Shown here piece after piece: positions 39,330-52,400 of a stretch of DNA of 64,000 bases; position 1 is the first letter of the stretch, and each line of letters opens with the position of its first letter. Under the pieces are notes generated by a model that was not told the DNA's origin, ran no database searches, and was given only the letters and a program-made list of their open reading frames with translations. This DNA is from Sphyrna mokarran. Its lineage: Eukaryota. Where the stretch lies: contig JAGIQG010000043.1 of NCBI GenBank assembly GCA_024679065.1, forward strand, positions 1,736,001-1,800,000. The letters are read 5' to 3'. Position numbers and translations under genes: made by a program.

Positions 39330-39960
39330 CGAAAAAATTGACACCGCAAATTCAACGTCTCAGCTTCTCTGCAAGTGTCTGTAGCAATTATTCCGTCAGG
39401 AAACATTCAAAAAAAAACGAGGAGGAACGAAGCTGGGAGACCAGAGTGAGATACAAACACCTTAATGTGAAGACTCTAGTAGAAGAAATTATTGTCACAA
39501 CAGGTTTGGAAGTGAACAGAGAGAGTGCTCCTTTCTGAGTGATTGAAGTGTTCTGCAAAAAGCTATGACCGTTAAAGTCAAGGAAAAGAGTCATGAGATG
39601 TTGCAGCAGAGAGCAAGGCTTGACAGCAGATAGAAAAAGACAGAGAGACGTTGGCTGTGCCCACGCTTGCATGTTATGACCTTAAGAAAGTCGCCTTGTT
39701 CACAGCCATTTCATGGAGTGTGCAAAGCACATCAAAGCAGAAATCGCTGGTCGAGATTCTGATCACATTACGCTTAGGATGGAAAATTGTCCGAGGCAGC
39801 AGCTCTTTGTGGTTTTTCGTTAATTTATAGTTGAAATGATACACCTACCCAACTGCCTGCAGAGATCAGAAGCTGAGACACAATGTTAAACCGCAGCGAC
39901 AAGACAGTTGGACATTCGAGGTAGATTTAGCTGAACAAACAATCTGTTTGTTTACAGTTA
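39330..39960 (+). other. Unidentified element, copy 3 (inverted relative to copies 1-2)
   Basis: LNVKTLVEEIIVTTGLEVNRE aligns to VNVKSLVERITDTMGLDMCSE of copy 2; agattctgatcac and gatggaaaa blocks are shared. Confidence 0.5.
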
Positions 39961-40628
39961 AGCCATATTACAGGATTCTTTAAAAAAAAACAATTATTTG
40001 CAAGCTTTCCTAGGGCTGAGTACAATTTGCAGAACCTCCCTCTGATTCACAGAAGACGCACACGTTTCATCTGCAGCTCAGAGGAACCGCAGTTTGTACT
40101 GTCTGTACTCAAAGCAGCAATTCACTTTCGACACAATTTCAATGCAATTCACACTATATTTTCAGTTCTATCTTCGGTAGCTTGCATCAGGTATCCTGTG
40201 TTAACTCTTTACAGAATGAACTAGATTGAGCACAATTACGTTACAGCATACTGGCACAGTCATTAGCAGAGCTGCCTCACAGATCCTGGGACCCGGCTTC
40301 AACTCTAGCCTTGGGTACATGCCGTTGTGGAGTGGAACGTTCTCTCCCTTCTCACCCGTGTCTGCGTAGGTTGCCTTACTTGCTCTCAGTTTCCTCCCCT
40401 AGGTCCGGGGATGGCAGCTAGGTGAATTGACGCATAGTAAATTGTCCCTTTGTTTTCAAGATTGGCAGGTTAGGTGGATTGGCACATGCTAAATTGCGCC
40501 CCCTAGTTGTCCAAGTGTGAAGGTTAGGTGGATTAGCCATGTTAAAAAAAATAAAAAATAGTAGGGTATGTGCTACGGGTAGCATGAGCGTGAAGGTAGG
40601 GGTGGCGAGATGTTTCTCGGGGGGGGGG

Positions 40629-40645
40629 GTGTGTGTGTGGTGTGT

Positions 40646-40695
<50 letters not shown>
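40629..40695. repeat. (TG)n microsatellite
   Basis: Direct reading. Confidence 0.95.
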
Positions 40696-40696
<1 letters not shown>

Positions 40697-40750
40697 GAGT
40701 GTGTGATTCTGACATCATCCAGCAGAGGGCAGATGGTTAAGGTGTGCTTG

Positions 40751-40888
40751 NNNNNNNNNNNNNNNNNNNNNNNNNNNNNNNNNNNNNNNNNNNNNNNNNN
40801 NNNNNNNNNNNNNNNNNNNNNNNNNNNNNNNNNNNNNNNNNNNNNNNNNNNNNNNNNNNNNNNNNNNNNNNNNNNNNNNNNNNNNNNN
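40751..40888. other. Assembly gap (138 N)
   Basis: Run of N. Confidence 1.
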
Positions 40889-41059
40889 GATTCTCCTTAT
40901 CTATGTGTCTGTGCGTACGTGATGGAAGCAGAGAAGAAGCTGTTCTTGAGTCGGTTGGTATGTGAGCTCAAATATTCGTACATTTTTTCCCGATAGAAGA
41001 AGATGGAAGAGAGAGCATTCATGGTGTGTGGTGTCCTTCATTTTGCAGGCTGCTTTGCC

Positions 41060-42600
41060 AAAAGACTTTTTGCAGCTGTACAGGGTGCTGGTGAGGCCGC
41101 AGCTGGAGGGTTGTGTGCAGTTTTGGATCCGCATTCGAGGGAAGATAAATTGGCCTTGGAGGCGGTGCAGAGAAGGTTTACTAGGCTGATACTGGAGATG
41201 AGGGCGTTCGATTATGAGGAGAGACTGAATAGGCTAGTGTCTACTCTTTGGAGTTTAGAAGGCTGAGAGGGGATCTTATAGAAACGTATAAAACAATGAA
41301 GGGGATGGATAAGGTACAGGTTGAGAGACTCTTCCCGCTTAACAAAGATAGCAGGACTAAAGGGCACAGCCTCAAGATCGGGGGTGGGAGGGTGTGCGGT
41401 TCAGATTGGAGTTGCGGAGGGGTTTCTTCACGCAGAGGGCGGTGAATCTTTGGAATTCTCTGCCTGATGAGGTGGATAGGTTTTTGATTGACAAGGGAAT
41501 TAAGGGGAGAAAGCGGGAAAGTGATACTGAACCACTACAGATCAGCCATGATCTTATTGAATGGCAGGGCAGGCTCGAGGGGCTGCATTTCCGATTCCTG
41601 CTCCCGTTTCTTATGTTCTTACAGTAACCCATCTGCCCCCCCCCACCCCCCGCCATCCCCAGGGCTCTGGGGTCTCCACCTCACTATGCTTCCCTATCCA
41701 TTATTGTCTCATTCTCCCTGATGCAGACGTGTACTTTCAGGCGTCTCCAGGAATTCTCACATAAGACACCCAACGCAGTTGAAGCGACGCCCCATGAACC
41801 CTACCGTCTACCTAAACACCTTTAGAGGAATGAACACAGAAATGGAAAACACAGAACCAGTAACACACCTGGCCTAAGCCTGCTCTCGCCGAAGCCCAGC
41901 GAGCCAAAACCCTTTCAGCTATCGCTCTGCTCCCTGCTCACTCCGCTGCCTGCTCTCGATGCTGCCCGCTGTCTACTGTGGTCTTCTTTTCATAATCCCG
42001 CGCTCTCGGTGATCAAGAAGGCGAATGCAATGTTGGCCTTTATAGCGAGGGGGGTAGAATATAAAAAAGGGAGGTTCTGTTGCAACTGTATAGGGTACTG
42101 GTGAGGCCACAGCCGGAGTACTGTGTGCAGTTTTGGTCGCCGCATTCGAGGAAGGATGGCTAGGTTTGTACTCTTTGGAGTTTGGAAGGCTGAGATGGGA
42201 TCTTATAGAGACGTATAAGATAATGAAGGGGATCGATAGGGTAGAGGTTGAGAGACTTTTCCCGCTTAGCAAAGATAGCAGGACTAGAGGGTACATCCTC
42301 AAGATTAATGGGGGGTGGGTGGTTCAGATCAGAGTTGAGGAGGAATTTCTTCACACAAAGGGTGGTGAATCTTTGGAACTCTCTGCCTGATGAGGTGGTG
42401 GAGGCTTCCTCGCTGAATATGTTCAAGTCAAGATTGGATAGATGTTTACTTGACAAGGGAATTAAGGGTTACGGAGAGACAGTGGGAAAGTAGCACTGAA
42501 TCACTACAGATCAGCCATGATCTTATTGAATGGCGGGGCAGGCTCGAGGGCTGTATGGCCTACTCCTGCTCCTATTTCTTATGTTTTTATGTTCTTATTT
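41060..42600 (+). mobile_element. Two similar CR1 3' fragments (41060-41620 and 42010-42600)
   Basis: RGDLIETYK..DSRTxGH..LWNSLP in both. Confidence 0.85.
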
Positions 42601-45600
42601 GTGAAGTGTCGACAGAATCAATGATTGGGAGACTGCTTTGCAATATAGGATTGGGCTATATTCACGAGCTTTTACAAAGAACAAAGAACAGTACAGCACG
42701 GGGAACAGGCTCTTCGGCCCAACGAGCCCGTGCCGCCATTTTAACATTGTGAATACTCTCCTCTACCCACGACCTTTCTCTACGCCTATTGGGGAAGATT
42801 GAGGGAAGACTAATTTCGGAACAATTAATTATACCAATTAGCCTAAGAGCACGTTTTTGGCGTGTGGGAGGAAACCGAGCACCCGGAGAAAACCACGCAA
42901 TCATGGGGAGAATGTGCAAACTCCCACAGACACCGGCCCAAATCCATGTATCTGCACAGCAAACAGTGATAGTCACTGAGCTGCCATGTTGCCCGTCAGA
43001 TAGTCTAATTTAAGCGTACAGTAACTACGTGAAACACTGGGCAATTCTCGAAGGAACATCCAAGAGCAGCCGTCGCACGAGTGTATGCCCTTGTTGGTCA
43101 ACAAGGCGGACTGAATCACCTGTGAACTAAAAGAAAAAACATCAATAAACATGCACAACTTAGACAGACATTTACAGAATCTGCAGAAGTGCAGAAGTAA
43201 AACATTGTCCGCCTCAGCTCATGAATCAATACTCCTCCATCTTGAAAACCACTCGAAGAAAGACTGTGTTAAAATGCAAAATGCCCTCTCGTGGGGGTAT
43301 TCAGTGACGAAGACCTCGTGGCTCGATAACGCCACTGCTGGCTGAACTGGCCTTGGGCTAAATGGCATAAATTTGACTGGAGTCCAACTGCGACTGGTGA
43401 TGATAGAAACAAAAAGACGGAATAGGAGCTACTTGAAATAGTTCCCGACAATCTATCTGTCGCCATTGCATCCACAGGTGACCGTACAGATCGGAAAGTC
43501 TAACACACAGCGTTCTCATCTTCATATTGAAGATGTTCTCTGTAACTTGATGTTATTTTATTAAAATGTAATAGAATTAAAAAGAGATTTATAAACTTGA
43601 TTCTGGGAATCCATGAGGTTGCATGAATTAAACTTAATCAAAAATGATGATTTAGTATGCCCTCCAGGTCAACAGTTAATATCGAGCAGGGCGATGAACC
43701 CTGGTTAAATGATATGCACAAGCGGGCATGCTAGGAAGAAGTTGAAAATCAAGTGTAACGTTGTTCAGGTAGAAAACAGGGCGATTTGCGTGACAACCAG
43801 CAAACCCAGCATGCGATAGACAGAGCTAAGTGATCCCATCATTAGCAGATCATTGTCAATTTCTGTCCTGCCCCATTCAGTCGGCGTTGAAAGTGACAGT
43901 TAACAGATTAAGAAGGTCCAAAAACACCGGTATGCTCATTAACGGGCAAGACACTTGGAACAAAATTCAACGAGAAATATCCAGTGGATGATACAACTAG
44001 CCTGTCCCAGGAATCGCCACCATGACAGAAGTTCACGAAAATGTTGACAGGGACAGATGTTGACAGATTATCACAATAATCATGGGTGATTTTAATACAC
44101 ATATAGATCGAAAAAAAACCCTCTTTCAACCTTATTTACATCCTTCCTGTAACTAGGTGACCGAAACTATACACAATACTCTAAATTCGGTCTCACCGTT
44201 GCCTTATATAAGCTTAGCATAACACTCCAAATTTTGTACTCGATATTACGATTTATAAAGTCCAATGTACCAAAAGCACTCTTTGCCACTCTATCCACTA
44301 GTGAGGTCAATTTTAGTGAATTCTGTACCTGAATTCCCAGATCCCTCTGTTCAACTGTACTCTTCAGAGCCCTATCATTTAGCCCGTACGTTTTAGAGGC
44401 TGAGTGGTAATTTTCTATGGTTCTATATCTGAGTTCATGTGATTTGATTACATCACGCGTTAGCAAGAAATTTCAGATGAATTCATTCACAACCCTTTGT
44501 ATTTTCTGGAAGGGACCATACAAGATCGGGTCCCTTTAGGTAATACAAGGATGCTTTGTATGGTGCATCTTTGTATGGAGTCAAAGCAGACAAGCCAGAT
44601 TCCCTTCGCGTCTTGAGAAATTTAAAGTTAATTTATTTGTCACAAGTCGGCTTACATTACATTGAAGTTAGTGTGTGAATCCCCTATTTCACACACTCAG
44701 GCCTCTAGCGCCTGTCGAGGGACACTGAGGGAGAATTTAAAATGGCCAATTCAGCTAACCTGCACATCTTTGAAGAGTCAGGGGAATCCGGAACACCCGG
44801 AGGAAATGCAGACACGGGGAAAAAGTGCAAACTTCACGCAGGAAGTCACACAAGCCCTGGCGTTTAAGGCGGCAATGGTAACCACTGTGCCACTGTGACC
44901 CCCCCCAGGCTTTGTTAGGTATTCTTAACAGGAGCATTACTGTGAAGGGACCAGGACAAATGGTTGGCGATCTGAACACTAAGATGGTTGAAACTCTGAC
45001 CAAAAGAGTGGCAATATTACTTGTCAAAATAGTGAAATGGATACTTAGTTTTGCTTTCTTGAGGGAGATATTCACTGAACTCTCGGGAGGCAAAGAGTGT
45101 GTGGAACAGTGGGGCGAGAGTGTGAATAAATGAAAGACAAGTAGTACTTAAAACCAAGACACAATTAAGAAAACATATGCTTTAAAAAAAGTGCCTGTGG
45201 AATATCAGTCCTCATCCATACAGCTGTTTTAATAACTTCAAATCCTAACGACGATAAATAATAGAATCCTGATCAATTTGGAAAGTTTTGCAAATGGTCA
45301 ATAAACATCATTCTAACAGACAAAATACATGGAACTATTAATTAATGAGACAGATGTTTCTGCTGATTGAATTCTCTCATTGGAAATATGGCCTATTTCT
45401 GACGTAAATTCAGTGAAACATGTTCAAGTTCTCTGTAAAACCCCTCAGGAAATCATGGCAAACAATCTTCAGTATTATGATGGGGAATGCATGTTGCAAC
45501 GAAACGGATGATGCATTTATGGGACATGGGCGTCGCGCGCTGCCCAGAATTTATTACCCATCACTAATTGCCCGCTGCTAGTAGAGTGTCATAAAAACGA

Positions 45601-46199
45601 TTTGAAAATCAACCGTGTTGCCATGGGTCTGACGTCACATGTAGGCCACTCCAGGTAAGGATGGCAGATTACCTTCTGTGAACAAGATTGTGAACTAGAT
45701 GTTTTTTCCCTAACAATGGATTCATGGTCATCAGTAGATTCTGAATCCCAGTTAAATTAATTGAATTCAAATTCCACCAGTTGCCTTGGAGGAATCCTAT
45801 CAAGGATCCCCAGAATAGCAACTGAGTGTCTGGATCCCGGGAGCACAGTGGTTATCACTGCTACTTCACAACTCCAGGGATTTACGTTCGATTGCAGGCT
45901 TGGGTCACTGTCTGTGTGGAGTTTGCTCATTCTCCCATATTTGCATGAGTTTCTTCCAGGTGCTCCACTTTTCCCCTATGGTCCAAATATATGTAGTTGA
46001 TTGACAATGGTAAATTGCCCCTTAGCGTCCCGGGTCCATAGGTTCGAGCGATACATAATGTGGGGTTGCAGGGATAGGGCCTGGGTAGGATTGTTGTCGG
46101 TGCAGACTGCATGGGTCGAATGGTCTCCTTCTGCAGTATAGGGATTATATTCTATATTAGTAGTCTACCGATAATACCACTAGGTTTTCGCCTCCCCTT

Positions 46200-46670
46200 C
46201 TATGATGTTAAGAGATTTGTAGAATGAAATACTGATAGAAGACTTTCTTACTTCACCGGGAACTGAGCGCTTGAACTGTTCTGCGTAAGTGCAGGAGCTA
46301 GAATGAAAATGCATCTAGTCAGTCGAACCTGCAACAGAGGGTTTGGCGTGGCAGCAAAAGAGGCGCATTGGCTCTTACCTTTGGCTGTTACCTTTTGCCC
46401 ACACAATGACGCTTTGCCTGTTCTGCGATATGCAGAGTACGTCGAGGGGCGGAAGTCGCTAGCCACGTTTCTATCCACTTTACACCGCTGATGGAAAAAA
46501 TATTTGAGCCAGAAGCTCTCAGTGGTTTGCTTGTTTTCACAGTTGAGAAGCTGCGAGCTCAGAGCTCCCTGCTCAGGGCACACCTTAGATCGAAGCTCGA
46601 AACCACAAGTAGAAGTGGTCTGCCGCTCGGCTTTGATACAATGAGCAAAGACCAGGCTATTTCTGAATGA
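46200..46670 (+). other. Unidentified element, copy 4
   Basis: ggcagcaaaagaggcgcatt, gatggaaaaaa, ccagaagct and tgttttcacagttgag blocks match copies 1-2. Confidence 0.5.
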
Positions 46671-49167
46671 CCTCATTTACAGTCTCGTCATTAATGCACT
46701 AGATTCTTCAATTCCAGTTTGGAAGAAAAGTTACAGATACCCAGCTTCACTAACTAAGGAATGTGTCCCCTTAATCAGAGACAGTGTACTTCTCTTCACA
46801 TAGGGAATATTGAAACAACTGCCACTGTGCATCTTAAATATGTGCACTCACAGTCCATCCATTATATTCCAGTTTCTGTGCAGGCAGGTTGTGTCACCAA
46901 CTAGTGATCATTGTTTAAGGACATGGCTTCAATCTTTCCGGACTGAACTGAGGTGAAATTTCCTGACCCAGAGAGCGATGGAAGTGTGGAATTCACTACC
47001 ACACAAAGTGGCTGAGCCCAAAACGTTTTGCAATACCAAAAGTAAATCTGGAGTATTGTGTACAGTTTTGGCGTTCTTATCTCAGGAAGGATGCCCTTTC
47101 TATAGAGTGAGTACAGCGAAGGTTTACCAGGCTGATTCCTGGGATGACAGGCCTATCATATGAGGAGAGATTAAACCGGTTAGGATTGTATTCTTTGGAG
47201 TTTAGAACAGTAAGAGGGGATGTCGCAGAAATGATAAAATTGATTCACATAGAAAATTTCCAATTGTTCAGGTAGTCCAGAAGTCGGAGTCATAGTCTGA
47301 GGATAAGGGATGAGATGAGGAGAAATTTCTTCATACAGGGGATGGCGAATGTAAGGAATTCAGTCCCACAGAAAGTAGTTGTGGGCAAATGTGATTTCAA
47401 GAAGAAATTATATATACGTCTTGGGGCTAAAGGGATTGAGGGATATGGGGAGAAGGGAATCAGTATATTGAATTTGATAGCCAGCCATGATCAAAATTGG
47501 TGGCGGAACAGTTCCAAAGGGCTGAGTGGCCTCTTCCTGCTAATATTTCCTATGTTTCTATGTCAATAATTGTAAAAATAATACATTTTGTTTCAGAATG
47601 GCTCATAGCATTCAGTCTATTTTTCTGTCGTTCATCTTGCAAATCCCACAAATTAATCGTCCAGAAGGATAAAGGCAGCAGACGCATAGCGACATCATCA
47701 CCATCACACTCTCCTCCTAGTAACAGACAACCATTTGGAAATCTATCTCTGTTCTTTTGGTATGATGAGGTCAAAATACTGGATTCCCCCGTCTTATTTA
47801 GCGCTGTTGGTTAGCAAATGGATTGCCATAGAGAAGGTGTAGAAGTTGTTTTTGTTTTGGAGCAGCAGAAGCTGAGCGGAGACCTGATAGAAGTCTATTA
47901 CATTATGATATTCCTTGAAAAAGTTTGGCAGTCAACGTTTTTCTTTTTCCCCAGACATGAAATGTCAAATATCAAGGGGCATGCACTTAAGATGATAGGG
48001 AGAAATTCAAAGATGTGAGGGATAAATGTTTTGCAAAGAGAGCGGTAGGTGTCTGGACCACCCTGCCTAGGCTGGTATTGGAGGCAGGAGAGATAGGGGT
48101 GTTTAAGGGGCCTTTAGTTCAGCACACGAATATGCAAGGAATAGAGGGATATGACCCACACAAGCAGAAGGGATTAGTTTCATTAGGTGTCATTTACAGC
48201 AAAACATCGAAGGCTGTAGGGTCTATTCCGGTGCTGTATTGCTCAATGTTCTGTGCTCTGTGTTCTGTTAAGGTAACTCACCAACCTTGATCAACCGGCC
48301 CACTGAATTAGTTAATATTAGCGGCCTCAGCCAAGTGACCAGAATTAGGCCATTCGGCCCATTGATTTTGCTTTGCCATCCATGGCTGATATGTTTCTCA
48401 GCCCCATTCTTCCAACTTTACTCCATTAGCTTCCAGCTTCTTACAAATCAAATATCTATTTCTGTCTTAAATGCATTCAATGACTTGCCCTCCACAGTCT
48501 TCTGTGGTAATAAATTTCACAGATTCATCGCACTCTGACTGAAGAAATTCTCCCTCACCTCGGCTCAAAAGGGTCAACACTTTACTCTAAAGCTGTGCTC
48601 CAGGAGCCTAATCTCTTCTACTAATGAACGGTGGCACAATGGTTAGCTGCTGCACAGCAGCATAGACACGGGTTGAATTCTGGTCTTTCGTGACTCCGCG
48701 GAGTTTGCACATTCTCGCTGTGAACACACAGTTTTCCTCTGGGTGCTCCAGTTTCCTCCCACACTCCATGCGGGAGTTCGACTGGCCATGCGAACTTACC
48801 CCTTATTGCCAGGGGGCTAGCAGTGTAAGGTAGCAATGCGGAGATATGGCTTGGGTGGGATTGTTATCAGTGCAGGTTCTATGTGCTGAATCGACCCCCT
48901 CTTGCACAGTAGATATTCTATTCTATTCGGTACAATTCTGAACATCTTCCCTAGGCTTTTCACTATTCTGTAAGTTTCAATGATTCACCCTTCGCCATTC
49001 TCCTAAACTAAGCCTCACAGCCCACACCCTGAAAATAAATTAAACTTTTTCTTACATATTCAGCACATATCCGCACATTGATTAAGTTGTGATCCTCTCA
49101 GAAAGACAAGCCAGTCAAGCTCCGTATGAATATTCTATCTCTTGACCTTTGTGACACGCATGTAGCC

Positions 49168-49213
49168 ACCACAGTGCGCCAGATGCATGTAGCATTCAGC
49201 AGGTCACTTCCCC
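49168..49213 (+). promoter_or_regulatory. Candidate proximal promoter motifs of gene A (RUNX ACCACA, E-box CAGATG, ETS/PU.1 CACTTCCCC)
   Basis: Motif matches 160-205 nt upstream of the ATG; short motifs only. Confidence 0.3.
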
Positions 49214-49373
49214 CAGTATTGTGTCACACTTTCCATTGCGCCCCTTGTCATAGTCTCCATCGCATCTTAAAGTGCATCAATCAACTGGGACTGAACCCAG
49301 GTCTGTCGGCGAATGCTCACCAAAAGCAAACTGTTAGGAGTGGAAGCTGGGTGATAGTGCTCACCTCCGCAAA

Positions 49374-49428
49374 ATGCCCCAGCGATGTTTATCCCTGATA
49401 ATTATTCTCCAACTGTTGTGGGCTTATG
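49374..49428 (+). CDS. Gene A exon 1, signal peptide MPQRCLSLIIILQLLWAY
   Basis: ATG in aaaATGc context, hydrophobic core, phase-1 donor G|gtgagt at 49429. Confidence 0.85.
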
Positions 49429-52400
49429 GTGAGTATGTGACAGGTGAGATATTTAAATTGGCATCAGCCATACGTAGTTTTTTTTAAGCATTAGTGTCAC
49501 AAGTGGGTTTACATTCACACTGCAATGAAAACGTCCTGGCCGCCACAGTTCGGCGCCTGTTCAGGGTCAAGGAGGGAGAATTTATCATGACCAATCCACC
49601 GAACCTGCACAGCTTTGGGGCTGTGGGACCCTGAGGAAACTCAAGCAGACAGGGCGAGTTTCTCAGCCCCATTCTCCCAACTTTACGCCATTATCTTCCA
49701 GCATCTTACAAATGTGCACCGAGAATTATCCAAGCCAGGGATTGAAGCCCGGTGCCTAGTGCTGTGAGGCATTGGTGCTAACTGCCATGCTCCCCGGCTA
49801 CGACAATGCAAATGTGAGCCAATGATTGGGTTTAGTTTCTTTTCTGTTTCCTGCTTTTAAAGGAAGAAATAAAAATTGGGAAATAAATCGAAGCAAGAAT
49901 TTTTGAAGACATTAGTGTGATTATTCTTAATTTACGAGCGAGTTATTTATTTTTCAAACGGCTGTTTTCTATGTCGAAATAATCTGTTGTAATGTGTGTA
50001 TAATCTCTCTAGTTACAGGTTCCGAGCCCTCTCTACCTCAGAGGCCTTTCACAGTGACAGCTGAAGTCGGCCAGACGGTCAATTTAACCTGTCGCTCCAC
50101 CTACGAGGTGGAATTCATCACTAGCTATTTCTGGTATAAACAACGCGTTGGTGAAATCCCGAAAGTAATCGATATCCCACCTTGTCAGGGGAAAGATTGT
50201 AAGTTTACTTCCAAAAAAGGCAACGGCAAACGTGAATTGATACTGGAAGTTCGCCATGTCCATGTGGATGATTCGGGTTCCTACTACTGTGCCCGTAAGC
50301 TTGGTTATGCAGGGCTCGAGAATGGACCCACACTACTGGTTGGAGGTAAGACAGCAAGCGAAATGAATCCAGATTATTCACAGCAACACCATTTGGTTTA
50401 AATTATTCGTTAATTGTGTCCCAATTTCTGTCCAGACAGTTCCACCAACAAGACGGCACTGCTGGTCTTTGTCCCGCCGGCTGAGCTGGACGTGAATGAT
50501 ACCGTGCCCTTAGTATGTTTGGTCAATGGAGTTTCTTCCAACCAGATTGCTGTTTTCTGGAATATTTCCGGTCTGGTCACTGAAGGATCGAGTGATCTTG
50601 GGGCAGTGGAGGAGGACGGGACCTACAGCATCAGAAGTCATGTCATGGTGTCGGGGGTAACTTGGAGAAGCGGCGCTGTCTGCACTTGTATTTTTCAACT
50701 GGGGACTCCAGGGAAAACTTGGACGAGAAGTGTGTCGAATTCCAAAACAGCAGAAAAACGAAAAGGTGAAATGTTACTATGTATATTGTAAGTTTCTATT
50801 CAACTTTTTAGACATTTGGATTAATTCAGTTGATAAATCTCTGAGCGCATCTGTGTCTATATGCGTGTACATGTAAATGTCTAAGTGTTTGTATGTCTAT
50901 GTGCGTGCATAGGTAGATATCTGAACATGTGTGTGTGTGTGTGTCTATGTGCGTGTTCATAGAAATAGCTAAGCATATGTATGAATATGTACGTGCATGG
51001 CTAAATATCCGAGTGTTTGTTTCTCTGTGTGTATAGGTAAATATCTGAGTGTGTATATGAATATGTGTGCTCATCGATAAATATCTGAGTGTGTGTTTCT
51101 ATGTGTGCAGATAAATACCTGAGCGTGTGTGTACATGTGCATATAGGTAAATATTTGAGCGTTTGTGTATTCCTATGTGTATTTAAATAAATAGCTGAGT
51201 GTATGCGTGTGTATAGATAAATATCTGTGTATCTGTGTACAAAGATAAATATCTGAGTGTGTGTGTGTATCGATATATGTCTGTCTATCTGTGTGTGTGT
51301 GTGTATGTGTAGAGATATTCATCTGAGCATTTGGATGCGTTCAGTTGTTAAAATATGCCAGTCTGCATTCAGTTGCACCCAACCCAGAATAGGTTTGTGT
51401 TTGGTATATTATTCTCGCTGTCGCTTTGTATTTCTGAAAACACATGTAAAAATCTTTAACATATTCACACAGAAAGCTTGCATTCAGCCCATTATTCTTA
51501 CACTGTCTGTTCAACTATCGTATTCGGACGATCATCCTCCTCCTCCAACACTCCCTCCCCACCCACCCCAGCCCTTTAAGTTTTCTCTTTCATATCCAGA
51601 TATGACTTCCCTTTCTAAGGTTATTATTTGCTCCCGTCCCCCTTTCTGGGAAATGAATCTAGGAATGACCTTTCTCGGAAAGCTCAACAATTGGTTTTGC
51701 TGCAGAGGACAGGGATAAAAAAATATGCGAATGCAATCGTGATATGGAATTCCATTGTAAGGGGAATTAGACAGATTTTCTGTGGCCGCAAACGAAATTC
51801 CGGGATGGTATATTGCCTCCCTGCGTCAAGGATCAAGGATGTCCCGGAGCGGCTGCCGTTCATTCCGAAGAGGGAGGACAAACAGCCAATAGTCGAAGTA
51901 CACGTTGGTACAAGCGACATAGATGAAAAAGGAATGAGGCCCTAAAAACACATTACAGGGAGCTAGGAAGAAAGTCCTAAACAGTCCTAAGATAAAAATG
52001 TCAGGATTACTACCGGTGCCCCATGCCAACAACAGTAGAAATGAGAGGACATATTGGAAAAATACTTGGCTGAAGAAATGGTGTCAGCGGGATGGTTTCA
52101 GATTCCTGGAGCATTGGCTCCGGTTCTAGGGGAGGTGGGGCCTGAATAAATTGAACGGCTTATACCTTGACAGGACTGGGACTGATGCCAGAGGGGGTCT
52201 ATTTGCTAGAGTGGTTGGAGAGAGTTTGAACTAATATGCCAGAGGGATGGGAAATTACGTAAAGAGTCGGAGAAGGAGGGAACAAAGACACGATGTGGGG
52301 AGTAAGATCCAACTACATCAAAAATCAGGAAAAAATAAAGTTAAAGTTAAAGTTAAAAGTTAAAAAGAAAGAGAACTCACGAGATGTTATTAATGAAAGT

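Noticed and set aside
39690-39890. Cytokine-like last-exon reading (HFMECAKHIKAE...MIHLPNCLQ)
   Set aside because: It contains a stop, the frame is not maintained in the other three copies of the same element, and no upstream cytokine exons were found.
43020-43480. Minus-strand fragments DSVRLVDQQG (SRCR-like) and DRLSGTISSSSYSVFLFLSS (V-strand-like)
   Set aside because: Short resemblance only; the diagnostic Cys/Trp pattern of SRCR or V domains is missing.
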